A stretch of DNA of 64,000 nt, taken from Macrostomum lignano (lineage: Eukaryota). A program made the position numbers and the translations under genes. Location: the NCBI GenBank assembly GCA_002269645.1, contig NIVC01002282.1, forward strand, positions 1 through 64,000, given 5' to 3'. The notes under the pieces were generated by a model. The model was not told the origin of the DNA. It ran no database searches and saw nothing but the letters and a program-made list of their open reading frames with translations. Positions 50,611 through 64,000 of this stretch are shown one piece after another; position 1 is the stretch's first letter; each line of letters starts with the position of its first letter.

Positions 50611-51617
50611 AAAGCTTTTATAAACGCTCAGCACTCAGCAGTGGAGAGCACAGTTTCAAAGCGCTGGACAGAGGGACGCTCACTGAAAAGCAGCAAAAAC
50701 GTTTTTGAAAAATAGCTGAACGCAACGGCATGGATGGAGACTTGTGGTGCTTTGCCCTGCCCTTGTCTACCGCGCTGGCAAGGGCGGCCCTCCCGGGGGC
50801 TGCTGGCTCGATCTCCCCCCCCCCCCCCAGAAACCGATCCCTTTAAACTTCGACCCTGAACCCCTTCGGCAATTATCTGGTGGAAGTCCCTAAGGATAGC
50901 AACTGAAAGCACTGATTTGTACTCTTCAGGTAAGACCTCCGCTCAGACCTCTCTCTCAGGTAGGTGTCCTGCTGATTTGTACAATACTATAAAATCAGAG
51001 CTGTACACCCCGGTGAATATTGAACGATTCTGCAACAGAATTGCCAGACAGACACAGCTGGCCCCAGGAACTTTTCCACCGATCTGATATTTCCAGGGAT
51101 TCCTTCAGTCCGCCTAACGGATCCGCCAATTCCATTAAGGAAGTTCGACGCAAAAATAAAACTTTTTTTTCAAAGCTGGTTACTGAGGGAAAAGCGTCTA
51201 TTTTTACGATGAACTTTCCCTCACTCGGATCCATCAGCCGCACTAGTGAACTGGACATTGGCCTGTCTGGCGCAGAGTTGGCAGTGATAGAGCTTCTCCT
51301 GAATGCTTTTTCTGGGCCCGTCTGTCCATTCTGTCCACAATAAGTCCGTATCCGGCCGCCGTGGCAATATTGAAAAATGCAGCCTCCTGCAAAGTGAAAA
51401 AGCAGGTACTGAAAGGTAACACTGCCGTTCGATGGAAAACTTTTCTGACAGCTCAAATGTTGCATTCGGTTTTCTTAAACCTTCCAGTGTGTAAATAAAA
51501 ATGGTTGGTTTCCGATTGGAAATTTGTTGAAGACTGCACTGGAGGCTTAAAAAGCCAAAGTACTGCGTGTTCTTTAATAAGAAGAGGCCGCAGCCCACCT
51601 TTGCGCCAACGTTGTGT

Positions 51618-52300
51618 GTCTTGGTGGGCGCCCCTGTCTCTTGGTGGGCGCCCCTGTCTCTTGGTGCTTGGGTGCCCCTGTCTCTTGGTAGGTGCCCCTG
51701 TCTCTTGGTGGGTGCCCCTGTCTCTTGGTGGGCGCCCCTGTCTCTTGGTGCTTGGGTGCCCCTGTCTCTTGGTGGGTGCCCCTGTCTCTTGGTGGGTGCC
51801 CCTGTCTCTTGGTGGGTGCCCCTGTCTCTTGGTGGGTGCCCCTGTCTCTTGGTGGGCGCCCCTGTCTCTTGGTGAGCGCCCCTGTCTCTTGGTGGGTGCC
51901 CCTGTCTCATGATGGGTGCCCCTGTCTCTTGGTGGGTGCCCCTGTCTCTTGGTGGGTGCCCCTGTCTCTTGGTGGGTGCCCCTGTCTCTTGGTGGGCGCC
52001 CCTGTCTCTTGGTGAGCGCCCCTGTCTCTTGGTGGGTGCCCCTGTCTCATGATGGGTGCCCCTGTCTCTTGGTGGGTGCCCCTGTCTCTTGGTGGGTGCC
52101 CCTGTCTCTTGGTGGGTGCCCCTGTCTCTTGGTGGGCGCCCCTGTCTCTTGGTGAGCGCCCCTGTCTCTTGGTGGGTGCCCCTGTCTCATGATGGGTGCC
52201 CCTGTCTCTTGGTGAGCGCCCCTGTCTCTTTGTGGGCGTCCCTGTCTCATGGTGGGCGCCCCCTGTCCCCTGTCTCATGGTCGGCGCCTACTGTCTCTTG
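51618..52300 (-). repeat. Fourth array of the 20-bp CCAAGAGACAGGGGC(G/A)CCCA family
   Basis: Unit GGTGGGTGCCCCTGTCTCTT on the + strand. Confidence 0.93.
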
Positions 52301-52863
52301 GTGGGTACCCGGTTTCTCGATGTCTTGGGAGGAGTGGTTCGGGGGTGAAGCGTGATCCTTGAGTTTTTGGATCAGTCTCAAGCAGTTATGTGCTACAGGC
52401 ATGCCTTTATTTCAGGCCTTCCCGCTTCAGGCGCTGCTGATTTTTCATTTGTTCAACAGGACATGACCTGGAATATTTGATGAAAGCCACCATTCTGGCG
52501 TAGTTTTCAATAACCTACTGAGTCTAGCTAGTATGTCAGTCAGTTAACCCTGCCAACAGGGCATGCCACATCTGACCCCTGTTGCCTGATGCTTGCCCTC
52601 TACCAAGAGTTTCTGGCTATAAACACATGAAATGCTCCTGGGTAGAAGGGGTGGGGTTGGAGGCACAGGTACACTTGTCATCGCGGTGCTTGCGTTGACG
52701 GCCGTGACACTCCGTCAGTGAGGCAAATGTCTGTCGTCCTTTGGTAATTTGAACTTCCAGCCTTTAGAGCCACTGACGTTCACTAAGAGACCCGCTGCTG
52801 TCTTCTGGGAGCAAAGTTTGTTGCCTTCTGTTACCGACTTAGTTAGCGGCGTAGATTTTATGG

Positions 52864-53010
52864 CGCCACTAAACACACAGAAATGGCGCCACTAAACACA
52901 CAGAAATGGCGCCACTAAGCTCATAGAAATGGCGCCACTAAACACACAGAAATGGCGCCACTAAACACACAGAAATGGCGCCACTAAACACACAGAAATG
53001 GCGCTACTAA
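52864..53010. repeat. 23-bp repeat (ATGGCGCCACTAAACACACAGAA), about 6-7 units
   Basis: Read directly. Confidence 0.9.
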
Positions 53011-53019
53011 GCTCACAGA

Positions 53020-53028
53020 CTGACTGGC

Positions 53029-53094
<66 letters not shown>

Positions 53095-54290
53095 AGTCAG
53101 TCAGTCAGTCAGTCAGTCAGTCAGTCAGTCAGTCAGTCAGTCAGTCAGTCAGTCAGTCAGTCAGTCAGTCAGTCAGTCAGTCAGTCAGTCAGTCAGTCAG
53201 TCAGTCAGTCACCCACTCACTCAAGTCAGTCAGTCAGTCAGTCAGTCAGTCAGTCAGTCAGTCAGTCAGTCAGTCACCCACTCACTCAAGTCAGTCAGTC
53301 AGTCAGTCAGTCAGTCAGTCAGTCAGTCAGTCAGTCAGTCAGTCAGTCAGTCAGTCAGTCAGTCAGTCAGTCACCCACTCACTCAAGTCAGTCAGTCAGT
53401 CAGTCAGTCAGTCAGTCAGTCAGTCAGTCAGTCAGTCAGTCAGTCAGTCAGTCAGTCAGTCAGTCAGTCAGTCAGTCAGTCAGTCAGTCAGTCAGTCAGT
53501 CAGTCAGTCAGTCAGTCAGTCAGTCACCCACTCACTCAAGTCAGTCAGTCAGTCAGTCAGTCAGTCAGTCAGTCACCCACTCACTCAAGTCAGTCAGTCA
53601 GTCAGTCAGTCAGTCAGTCAGTCAGTCAGTCAGTCACCCACTCACTCAAGTCAGTCAGTCACCCACTCACTCAAGTCAGTCAGTCAGTCAGTCAGTCAGT
53701 CAGTCAGTCAGTCAGTCAGTCAGTCAGTCAGTCAGTCAGTCAGTCAGTCAGTCAGTCAGTCAGTCAGTCAGTCAGTCACCCACTCACTCAAGTCAGTCAG
53801 TCAGTCAGTCAGTCAGTCAGTCAGTCACCCACTCACTCAAGTCAGTCAGTCAGTCAGTCAGTCAGTCAGTCAGTCAGTCAGTCAGTCACCCACTCACTCA
53901 AGTCAGTCAGTCACCCACTCACTCAAGTCAGTCAGTCAGTCAGTCAGTCAGTCAGTCAGTCAGTCAGTCAGTCAGTCAGTCAGTCAGTCAGTCAGTCAGT
54001 CAGTCAGTCAGTCAGTCAGTCAGTCAGTCAGTCAGTCAGTCAGTCAGTCAGTCAGTCAGTCAGTCAGTCAGTCAGTCAGTCAGTCAGTCAGTCAGTCAGT
54101 CAGTCAGTCAGTCAGTCAGTCAGTCAGTCAGTCAGTCAGTCAGACAGTCAGTCAGTCAGTCAGTCAGTCAGTCAGTCAGTCAGTCAGTCAGTCAGTCAGT
54201 CAGTCAGTCAGTCAGTCAGTCAGACAGTCAGTCAGTCAGTCAGTCAGTCAGTCAGTCAGTCAGTCAGTCAGTCAGTCAGTCAGTCAGTCT
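53020..54290. repeat. (TCAG)n microsatellite with recurrent ACCCACTCACTCAAG interruptions
   Basis: Read directly. Confidence 0.97.
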
Positions 54291-54929
54291 GTCACTGCAT
54301 TGCCCCCTATTAGTGCACAAGAAGCTCTTACAGCCCTGGATAATCCCAAACCCACCTTGTCCTGGTTATTATATTGCTGCCCATAGGATTAACATTTTCT
54401 AAGAAAGAGAGATTAACTCGCCGCGATAAAAGTCCAAATATGCAGCGCTTCGGGGATTAATCCCCTTTGCCCTGATGATTCTCCCCGTGGTGCCGTTGCC
54501 AGCGGCAACAAGCCACGTGTTCCCCATCATAATGCCTGCCCTTTCGCCCCATCATCGCTGTCAAATTACACTTCCCGTCCTCTTGGGAGTTGCTGCTGGT
54601 TGGGGGGGGGGGTTGGTGGGCCAAATCTTTGTTGAAGCTGTTAAATCCCGGATCGAATGGTTTTGAATGCAGGGAGGCTAGAGGCTTAATTTAGGCGTTG
54701 GCTTCATCGGCAAGCCTTTGGCCAATTTCAATTTGCTGGTTAGCCCCTGAAATGACTCAACCAAGATATTTGAATGGCTCATCTGAGATAGCGGGTCAGC
54801 GAGGTCGGTAGCGTGGGGGGGATAAAAGGCAAGGTGTTAAGATGGAGAGCAAATTTGAGCAGTTTTTCGATGGACAAACTTTCTTTTTTATTGCTGCAGA
54901 TTTGCTTTGAGAAATGCTAACCCCTCCCC

Positions 54930-56815
54930 TCCATCACCAGATTCTCTGTAGGTAAGGGTCAGTTGACCCCTCCATTACAGGATTCTCCGTAGGTGAGGGT
55001 CAGTTGACCCCTCCATTTCAGGATTCTCCGTAGGTGAGGGTCAGTTGACCCCTCCATTACCAGATTTGCCGTAGGTAAGGGTCAGTTGACCCCTCCATTA
55101 CAGGATTCTCCGTAGGTGAGGGTCAGTTGACCCCTCTATTACAGGATTCTCAGTAGGTGAGGGTCAGTTGACCCCTCCATTACAGGATTCTCAGTAGGTG
55201 AGGGTCAGTTGACCCCTCTATTACAGGATTCTCAGTAGGTGGGGGTCAGTTGACCCCTCCATTACAGGATTCTCTGTAGGTAAGGGTCAGTTGACCCCTC
55301 CATTACAGGATTCTCTGTAGGTAAGGGTCAGTTGACCCCTCCATTACAGGATTCTCTGTAGGTAAGGGTCAGTTGACCCCTCCATTACAGGATTCTCAGT
55401 AGGTGAGGGTCAGTTGACCCCTCCATTACAGGATTCTCTGTAGGTAAGGGTCAGTTGACCCCTCCATTACAGGATTCTCAGTAGGTGAGGGTCAGTTGAC
55501 CCCTCCATTACAGGATTCTCCGTAGGTGAGGGTCAGTTGACCCCTCCATTACCAGATTTGCCGTAGGTGAGGGTCAGTTGACCCCTCCATTACAGGATTC
55601 TCAGTAGGTGAGGGTCAGTTGACCCCTCCATTACAGGATTCTCAGTAGGTGAGGGTCAGTTGACCCCTCCATTCCCAGATTTGCCGTGGGTGAGGGTCAG
55701 TTGACCCCTCCATTACAGGATTCTCTGTAGGTGAGGGTCAGTTGACCCCTCCATTACCAGATTTGCCGTAGGTGAGGGTCAGTTGACCCCTCCATTACCA
55801 GATTTGCCGTAGGTAAGGGTCAGTTGACCCCTCCATTACAGGATTCTCCGTAGGTGAGGGTCAGTTGACCCCTCTACTACAGGATTCTCAGTAGGTGAGG
55901 GTCAGTTGACCCCTCCATTACAGGATTCTCAGCAGGTGAGGGTCAGTTGACCCCTCCATTACAGGATTCTCTGTAGGTAAGGGTCAGTTGACCCCTCCAT
56001 TACAGGATTCTCTGTAGGTAATGGTCAGTTGACCCCTCCATTACAGGATTCTCAGTAGGTGAGGGTCAGTTGACCCCTCCATTACAGGATTCTCTGTAGG
56101 TAAGGGTCAGTTGACCCCTCCATTACAGGATTCTCCGTAGGTGAGGGTCAGTTGACCCCTCCATTACAGGATTCTCCGTAGGTGAGGGTCAGTTGACCCC
56201 TCCATTACCAGATTTGCCGTAGGTGAGGGTCAGTTGACCCCTCCATTACAGGATTCTCAGTAGGTGAGGGTCAGTTGACCCCTCTATTACAGGATTCTCA
56301 GTTGGTGAGGGTCAGTTGACCCCTCCATTCCCAGATTTGCCGTGGGTGAGGGTCAGTTGACCCCTCCATTACAGGATTCTCAGTAGGTGAGGGTCAGTTG
56401 ACCCCTCTATTACAGGATTCTCAGTTGGTGAGGGTCAGTTGACCCCTCCATTCCCAGATTTGCCGTAGGTGAGGGTCAGTTGACCCCTCCATTACAGGAT
56501 TCTCAGTAGGTGAGGGTCAGTTGACCCCTCTATTACAGGATTCTCAGTAGGTGGGGGTCAGTTGACCCCTCCATTACAGGATTCTCTGTAGGTAAGGGTC
56601 AGTTGACCCCTCCATTACAGGATTCTCTGTAGGTAAGGGTCAGTTGACCCCTCCATTACAGGATTCTCTGTAGGTAAGGGTCAGTTGACCCCTCCATTAC
56701 AGGATTCTCAGTAGGTGAGGGTCAGTTGACCCCTCTATTACAGGATTCTCAGTAGGTGGGGGTCAGTTGACTTCTCCATTACCAGATTTGCCGTGGGTGC
56801 GGGTCAGTTGACCCC
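54930..56815. repeat. 41-bp palindrome-containing minisatellite (GTAGGTGAGGGTCAGTTGACCCCTCCATTACAGGATTCTCA)
   Basis: About 46 contiguous units with no unique spacers. Confidence 0.97.
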
Positions 56816-57554
56816 CTTCAGGCACATGCTCACACAAAGTGTACATGTACAGGATTGTCGAACAGGAGTTACCAATACCCGACCGTAGCTTCCTATTGCC
56901 CCGCCTCTCCCAGAGCGCATGGCAACCCGTCTCTGACGCAGCCACAGCCAATGAGTGACCAGTGACTGCAGGCCCAACCCTACCCTGTCAGTCTTAACTC
57001 CCCTCTTCGACACTGCATGGCAACTAAAGCACATAAAGAAGAACCGCTGCCTCTGTCGCTTTTGTCTTTTCAGTTCAGAGGAAAAGCCTCTCAGAAAATT
57101 TTTGACTTCCCACACAGAAGCAGCAAACAAAAGCCACTCAAAGTTGCTGCAAAATTTTCCCGTCAGTGCGGCAGGGAAAAAGCACTTTTTAGGGCTAAGA
57201 CGCACCAATTAGACAGAATGGCTGTAGCCGACTGTCTTACTTAAATACATTCAATTGGTTTACGTCTGAACTGAATAAAAATATAATCGGCTGGGACAAA
57301 TTCAAGCCAGAGACTTGGACCACTGCACATTCCCGAAGTTCATATTTACTGGAAACTGCAGATACTAATCCACTAGTTAGGTGAGTCTGCTGCTTTTGAT
57401 TAGTGAATAATACTGCTGCTTTGGGAGAACTTTCATGTTTAAAAATAAACGCATTTCAAGGGGACCATGGTCTGCAAGAATCGCTGATCTTAGACGCTGT
57501 AAATTATTAGACTCCGGACTCTATAGGCCTTAGACTTAGATCTTAGACTCTATA

Positions 57555-58125
57555 GATGAGTTCAGAGAGAGAGAGACACAAACCCTATAGATGAGTTCAC
57601 AGACACAAACCCTATAGATGAGTTCACGGAGACACAAACCCAATAGATGAGTTCACAGAGAGACAAAAGCTCTATAGATGAGTTCACAGAGAGACACAAA
57701 CCCTATAGATGAGTTCACAGAGAGACACAAACCCTATAGATGAGTTCACAGAGACACAAACCCTATAGATGAGTTCACAGAGAGACACAAACCCTATAGA
57801 TGAGTTCACAGAGAGACACAAACCCTATAGATGAGTTCACAGAGAGACACAAACCCTATAGATGAGTTCACAGAGAGACACAAACCCTATAGATGAGTTC
57901 ACAGAGAGACAAAGCTCTATAGATGAGTTCACAGAGAGACACAAACCCTATAGATGAGTTCACAGAGAGACACAAACCCTATAGATGAGTTCACAGAGAG
58001 ACACAAACCCTATAGATGAGTTCAGAGAGAGACACAAACCCTATAGATGAGTTCATAGAGAGATACAAACCTTAAAGATGAGTTCAGACAGAAACACCAG
58101 CTCTATGGATGAGTTCACGAAGACA
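57555..58125. repeat. About 31-bp minisatellite (CTATAGATGAGTTCACAGAGAGACACAAACC)
   Basis: Read directly. Confidence 0.95.
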
Positions 58126-59351
58126 ATGCTCAGATGAATTGTGAAATATGAAATATTTTGCCTAAAATATTCATTACTTTTACGCCGCTTGAAGTGAACG
58201 CCATAAAAGTCTGGAGCGATTCTTCTTTCGTCAATCATTATCAGCTGCATAAGCAAAAGGTCATTGCCGGACCTCAGGAATAATAAGAGAGAGAGAAAGC
58301 TAACAGACTTTCTCTGCAAAACTGATGCCGCAGAGGACCGAGCAGAAGACAAATCATGACAGACTTTTGCCCGCAAAAGATACATGTTGGCGGGGTAGAA
58401 GCCGAAGGTCGAACGCGGGAGGATAACTTACGTGACAAGACGTATTTTCCTAAATCGAGATGCGATTTCTGCGTCCGAAGACTCTCTGGCAGATTTTTCA
58501 CCGGGATAGGAATATAGAGAAACCCGGAGAATATGATTCGAGTTTAGTAAAACAAAGGAAAAAATGACAGTTTAAACAAACAGAAATATTTACTTTATGG
58601 CTTTCTATTATCTTCACTCATTATTCTGGTAAGTTAAAACTCTTAAATGTTCACATGATGCTACTGAAAATCTTATCACTAAATAAGTAGCATATTGAGG
58701 ATTTCGTACGGTAAAAAATATCCAGTTTTGTCGAATTTAAATTTGTTATTCTGTTCTGAGCCCAGTTTGGCTGCTGTCGCGGACAGGAGGGACGCGGGGA
58801 GAGGGGAGATCTGGGACGGCTGAAGCAGAGATGGGAAGAAAGTTTTTAGAACTCAAAAGTTGACGAGGCAAGGAAGCTCAAGGTTCTCATGCGAGTCCGC
58901 GTGGGCGGTGTGGCAATGGCTGGGAGCTCGTCCTGCTCCAGTTCCCAGCCTCCCAGCCTCTCCATCACTCCCTGCCTCTTCCTTCATCCGTCCTCTCCTC
59001 GCTATTCCTTCCCACTCAAAATGAGTGAGGAATTCGAGAACCTCCCCCCTCCTTGTGCACCTCGGCCTCGAGTATATCAGCCAAGGGTTTGAGCACACAG
59101 CTGCCCCAACAGCCTCAACACCCTTCGGTGACTCTGGTTTTTTGTCTTGAGCACATCTTGAGCACTCGCATTGTCACGTGTTAATCATTAATAACAAGAA
59201 ACTGAGCTGTTTATCCGATAGGTTTTTTTACACCCCAGCGAATGGGGTCACGGAGCTGGAGAGGTGAGTAAGATTAATAATAGTGAGACTGATCTCCCTC
59301 TCCGTGATCGCGAATTTTTAAATTGCTCAAACAGAATAGGAAGCCTGGCAG

Positions 59352-60283
59352 ATTCTCAGTAGGTGGGGGTCAGTTGACCCCTCCATTACCAGATTCACTG
59401 TAGGCGAGGGTCAGTTGACCCCTCCATTACAGGATTCTCTGTAGGTAAGGGTCAGTTGACCCCTCCATTACAGGATTCTCTGTAGGTAAGGGTCAGTTGA
59501 CCCCTCCATTACAGGATTCTCTGTAGGTGGGGGTCAGTTGACCCCTCCATTACAAGATTCTCTGTAGGTGGGGGTCAGTTGACCCCTCCATCCCCAGATT
59601 CTCTGTAGGTGGGGTCAGTTGACCCCTCCATTACAGGATTCTCTGTAGGTGAGGGTCAGTTGACCCCTCCATTACAAGATTCTCTGTAGGTGGGGGTCAA
59701 TTGAACCTTCCATTACAGGATTCTCTGTAGGTGAGGGTCAGTTGACCCCTCCATCCCCAGATTCTCTGTAGGTGGGGGTCAGTTGACCCCTCCATCCCCA
59801 GATTCTCTGTAGGTGGGGTCAGTTGACCCCTCCATTACAGGATTCTCTGTAGGTGAGGGTCAGTTGACCCCTCCATTACAATATTCTCTGTAGGTGAGGT
59901 GGGGGTCAATTGAACCTTCCATTACAATATTCTCTGTAGGTGAGGGTCAGTTGACCCATTCATCATCAGATTCTCTGTAGGCAGGGGTCAGTTGACCCAT
60001 TCATCATCAGATTCTCTGTAGGCAGGGGTCAGTTGACCCATTCATCATCAGATTCTCTGTAGGCAGGGGTCAGTTGACCCATTCATCATCAGATTCTCTG
60101 TAGGCAGGGGTCAGTTGACCCATTCATCATCAGATTCTCTGTAGGCAGGGGTCAGTTGACCCATTCATCATCAGATTCTCTGTAGGCAGGGGTCAGTTGA
60201 CCCATTCATCATCAGATTCTCTGTAGGCAGGGGTCAGTTGACCCATTCATCATCAGATTCTCTGTAGGCAGGGGTCAGTTGAC
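59352..60283. repeat. Second array of the 41-bp family, with a homogeneous variant block at the 3' end
   Basis: Same GGGTCAGTTGACCC core. Confidence 0.95.
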
Positions 60284-61603
60284 CCTCTCGGTTTGCAAAA
60301 TGAGTGTCAATATTTTTCCTAAGCTTCGATACTCAATCTAGAATAAAGAGAAACTCACAAAAGCACTTTGTGAGCTGCCGCAGCTGCATGCAGTTAAAAG
60401 TGCACTACAGTGCAAAAACACAGCGGCAAATGGCTGCAGTTAATCCCTCTATTGACCCTAACAGCCTAACAGGAACAAACACGGCGTACTTTGCCCAGCC
60501 TGTCTTTTACAGACCAATGCATTTAAGAAGCAATTTAGCAAGAGGGGGGCTGACGTTGGTGGTGGGGAGTGAGTGGAGAACGGGCAGAGTGCGAAGGTGC
60601 TAAAAATCTTCCAGTCACCAAAGCAGATTCGGCCAATCCCAGTAGCTGCTGCTGGGGGGCGCGCCGCAATCGTGCGACCTCGGTTTGCCGACTTTTCCAA
60701 CCCTTGGCGGTCGATTTTTCTGGCGGGGTCGCGGATTTTTTGGTGGGGGGGGGGATCTACCTGGCTGGGGGTAGGGGTAGCCCCCCCCCCTTTCCCACGT
60801 AGGAGCTAACGCAGTTCAGTCTGGATCCGTCCTTCTAAGTCCCTTTCTCTCTCTCCCTCCCTCCCTCCGTCTCATGCACCGGCTCCGCCCAGCCTTCGCC
60901 TTAGCTGCACACACAGGCAGGCGCATTGTGTCTCACTGTTGAAGAGAATGCGATAAGCCAAGCCGGGCCCCCCGTCTCTATGAACGAACCCAGCTAACCA
61001 TATGCTTGGGGGATTCTTGCCCTCCTCTTCCCCTTTTCGCCCTTCGTTCCCTGTCTTTGCCCGGCTGCCACCTCTTCCCCGCCAAGGCCTTTGCAGTCAA
61101 TTCTTCCTCCAAAACCCTCTTTTGTTATAAATAAAAGCAGACAAGGAGACAGACAGGGAGACAGTGAGAGGGAGAGTGAGAAGGAGAGAGAAAAGTAGAC
61201 AACGGAGAGATCTGGCGCGGCAAGCGAATCTCTCCAAATCTCCAATCTCACTCTCCACTTTACAAGTATTTTACCGCTTTTCTTAGAAAAAAACAAATTT
61301 TTAAAGCTTTTTTCGACCGCAACAAACCGCTTTGAACAGCTAAGTTCCGCCACTTTCATTTCGAAATCTACTGAAGCTCGCTTTCTGCAAATATTTTCTG
61401 AGATTATAACAGTTTTTTGTCAACTCTAGCATCATCATTTTCTGCCGCACACAGAAAGATAAAGTTTCGCATTCTGAACAAACACAGCAGAAGACGCGGA
61501 TTTGAATTGACGCCGACCAGAGGCAAGCGCGAAGCAAGTCAAAGAAGCCGACGGAGAACTCCTTCAGAGTCCTTTTCACACCGTTGCCAAGGCTGCTCCC
61601 AGC

Positions 61604-61988
61604 ATGACAACGGATGGCGGCCGCTTTGACTTCGAGGATGGCGGCGCCTACGTGGGCGGCTGGAGCGAGGGCAAGGCGCACGGGCTGGGCCTGGTGACTG
61701 GGCCCCGTGGCCAAGGTGAATTCGCCGGCCTCTGGGAGGACGGCTTCGAGGCCTCCGGGGTGTACATCTGGCCAAGCGGCAACACTTTCGAAGGCGAATG
61801 GCGTCAGGGCAAGCGGCACGGCCTCGGGACCGAGGTCAAGGGCCGGTGGATGTACCGCGGCGAGTGGATGACCGGCTTCAAGGGGCGCTACGGGGTGCGA
61901 CAGAGCGAGGCGAGCGGGGCGCGGTACGAGGGCACCTGGCAACTCGGCATGCAGGACGGAACCGGGGTTGAGACCTACTCTGATGGCA
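61604..61988 (+). CDS. JPH: Junctophilin, first coding exon (MORN repeats)
   Basis: [25 protein letters not shown]...[20 protein letters not shown]...[11 protein letters not shown] resembles JPH1-4; donor GGCA|gtgagt. The gene continues beyond the window. Confidence 0.93.
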
Positions 61989-62104
61989 GTGAGTGGCTGC
62001 GGGTGGCTTGGTCAACTAGGGTTTTGCAATTACGGGTCTCTGTTTCAGGTGCGCTAACCGCGTCTATTGTTGCTAAAAGATTGTGTCCCAATCCCTATTT
62101 TGTG

Positions 62105-63370
62105 TGTCCTAATGCCTACTCTGTGTGTGTCCTAATGCCTACTCTGTGTGTGTCCTATTGCCTACTCTGTGTGTATCCTAATGCCTACTCTATGTGTGAC
62201 CTAATGGCTACTCTGTGTGTGTCCTAATGCCTACTCTGTGTGTGTCCTAATTCTTACTCTGTGTGTGTCCTAATGCCTACTCTGTGTCCTAATGCCTACT
62301 CTGTGTCCTAATGCCTACTCTGTGTCCTAATGCCTACCCTGTGTGTCCCCTAATGCCTACCCTGTGTGTGTCCTAATGCCTACTCTGTGTGTGTCCTAAT
62401 GCCTACTCTGTGTGTGTCCTAATGCCTACTCTGTGTGTATCTTAATGCCTACTCTATGTGTGACCTAATGGCTACTCTGTGTGTGTCCTAATGCCTACCC
62501 TGTGTGTATCCTAATGCCTACTCTGTGTCCTAATGACTGCTCTGTGTGTGTCCTAATGCCTACTCTGTGTGTCCTAATTCCTACTCTGTTTGTGTCCTAA
62601 TGCCTGATATGTGTGTGTAATGCCTGATATGTGTGTGTCCTAATGCCTGATATGTGTGTGTCCTAATGCCTGATATGTGTGTGTCCTAATGCCTGATATG
62701 TGTGTGTCCTAATGCCTGATATGTGTGTGTCCTAATCCCTACTCTGTGTGTGTCCTAATGACTACTCTGTGTGTGTCCTAATTCCTACTCTGTGTGTGTC
62801 CTAATTCCTACTCTGTGTGTGTCCTAATTCCTACTCTGTGTGTGTCCTAATGCCTACTCTGTGTCCTAATGACTGCTCTGTGTGTGTCCTAATGCCTTAC
62901 TCTGTGTGTGTCCTAATGCCTACTCTGTGTGTGTCCTAATGCCTACTCTGTGTGTCCTAATGCATACTCTGTGTGTGTCCTAATGCCTTACTCTGTGTGT
63001 GTCCTAATGCCTACTCTGTGTGTGTCCTAATGCCTACTCTGTGTGTCCTAATGCATACTCTGTGTGTGTCCTAATACCTGATATGTGTGCATCCTAATGC
63101 CTGATATGTGTGTGTAATGCCTGATATGTGTGTGTCCTAATGCCTGATATGTGTGTGTCCTAATGCCTGATATGTGTGTGTCCTAATGCCTGATATGTGT
63201 GTGTCCTAATGCCTGATATGTGTGTGTCCTAATGCCTGATATATGTGTGTCCTAATGCCTGATATGTGTGTGTCCTAATCCCTACTCTGTGTGTGTCCTA
63301 ATGCCTACTCTGTGTGTGTCCTAATTCCTACTCTGTGTGTGTCCTAATGCCTACCCTGAGTGTGTCCTAA
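62105..63370. repeat. About 23-bp intronic minisatellite (CCTAATGCCTACTCTGTGTGTGT)
   Basis: Read directly; includes CCTAATGCCTGATATGTGTGTGT sub-blocks. Confidence 0.95.
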
Positions 63371-64000
63371 TCCTTACTTTTGCGAATTCAAACTGCTTTT
63401 AGACTAGGATTTGCAACATACGCTGGTAATGTATCGAGTGAAAATCCCTTCGAATGCGTGACATCCAGTGTAAATCAGCTCCACAGTGTAGGCGTTCTGT
63501 CACAGCTCCTGTCAGTCACTGTCAATCCGTGACAGTCAGTGCAACTGCACCTAACCCTGGCACGCATGCCGTTATCAAATTTCGCCCCGATTCGTGTCGG
63601 GCCGTCTCCCAGACGTGGAGCATCTGGCTTATCTTATTGCTTCACTGGCCAGAATAAAAATGCCATAGGAGGGAAAAAGGCGGACTAGGCGTGGCGCTCG
63701 ATCACTTGTGATTTCCTCCGCATCGATTCTGCCCCAGTACTGCTCGGCTTGTATATCAGTCACGAGCGTTTTTTTCAGTTTGTAAAAATCTCCTCAATGG
63801 CTTTGCTTATCAGCAGCTGCAGTCGTGCTATTTTGGCGTTCGCTCGCTTGAAAATCATCGAAGCTAAAAGCTATATAAAACCAATTATTTTTTAGGTTTC
63901 TACTACATAATTGTCGCAAGTACAAGCCATAATGACATTACGCCTTGTGAATGTACATTCTTTAAAGGAGCTTTTCTTTCCTGCCCTTACGCCTTAAAAC

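Noticed and set aside
50995-51560. MULE-like transposase fragment (GNSVAESFN, YHCQLC)
   Set aside because: The motifs are short, in different frames and lack a DDE context; support is insufficient.
52998-54386. 462-aa SQSV ORF
   Set aside because: Translation of the (TCAG)n microsatellite.
54930-56815. CRISPR array (palindromic repeat of about 41 bp)
   Set aside because: Units are contiguous with no unique spacers, there are no cas genes, and the context is eukaryotic.
61989-62227. Continuation of the junctophilin ORF
   Set aside because: Read-through past the GTGAGT donor into intron and minisatellite.

Overview
Eukaryotic (animal) genomic DNA with spliced genes whose introns and spacers are packed with mini- and microsatellites. 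The style is consistent with a free-living flatworm such as Macrostomum, but this is inference only. Genes on +: last coding exon of a PTP1B/TC-PTP-like phosphatase; a complete 9-exon GM130/GOLGA2 gene (about 972 aa) with a 9.7-kb first intron full of transposon relics (Gypsy integrase, Polinton-type polB piece, 8-bp-TSD DNA element); a 4-exon SLAIN-family gene; a frameshifted Mab-21/cGAS-like (cGLR-type) fragment; a short ZMYND8/BS69-type coiled-coil+MYND gene; an intronless Rac-like GTPase; and the first exon of junctophilin. An intact, very young 4.6-kb Mag-type Gypsy LTR retrotransposon on the - strand sits in a (GATA)n array inside the MYND gene intron. Most long ORFs in the track are artefacts of stop-free tandem repeats. 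No rRNA, tRNA or CRISPR features were found. All identifications are from motif recall and manual translation, not database searches.
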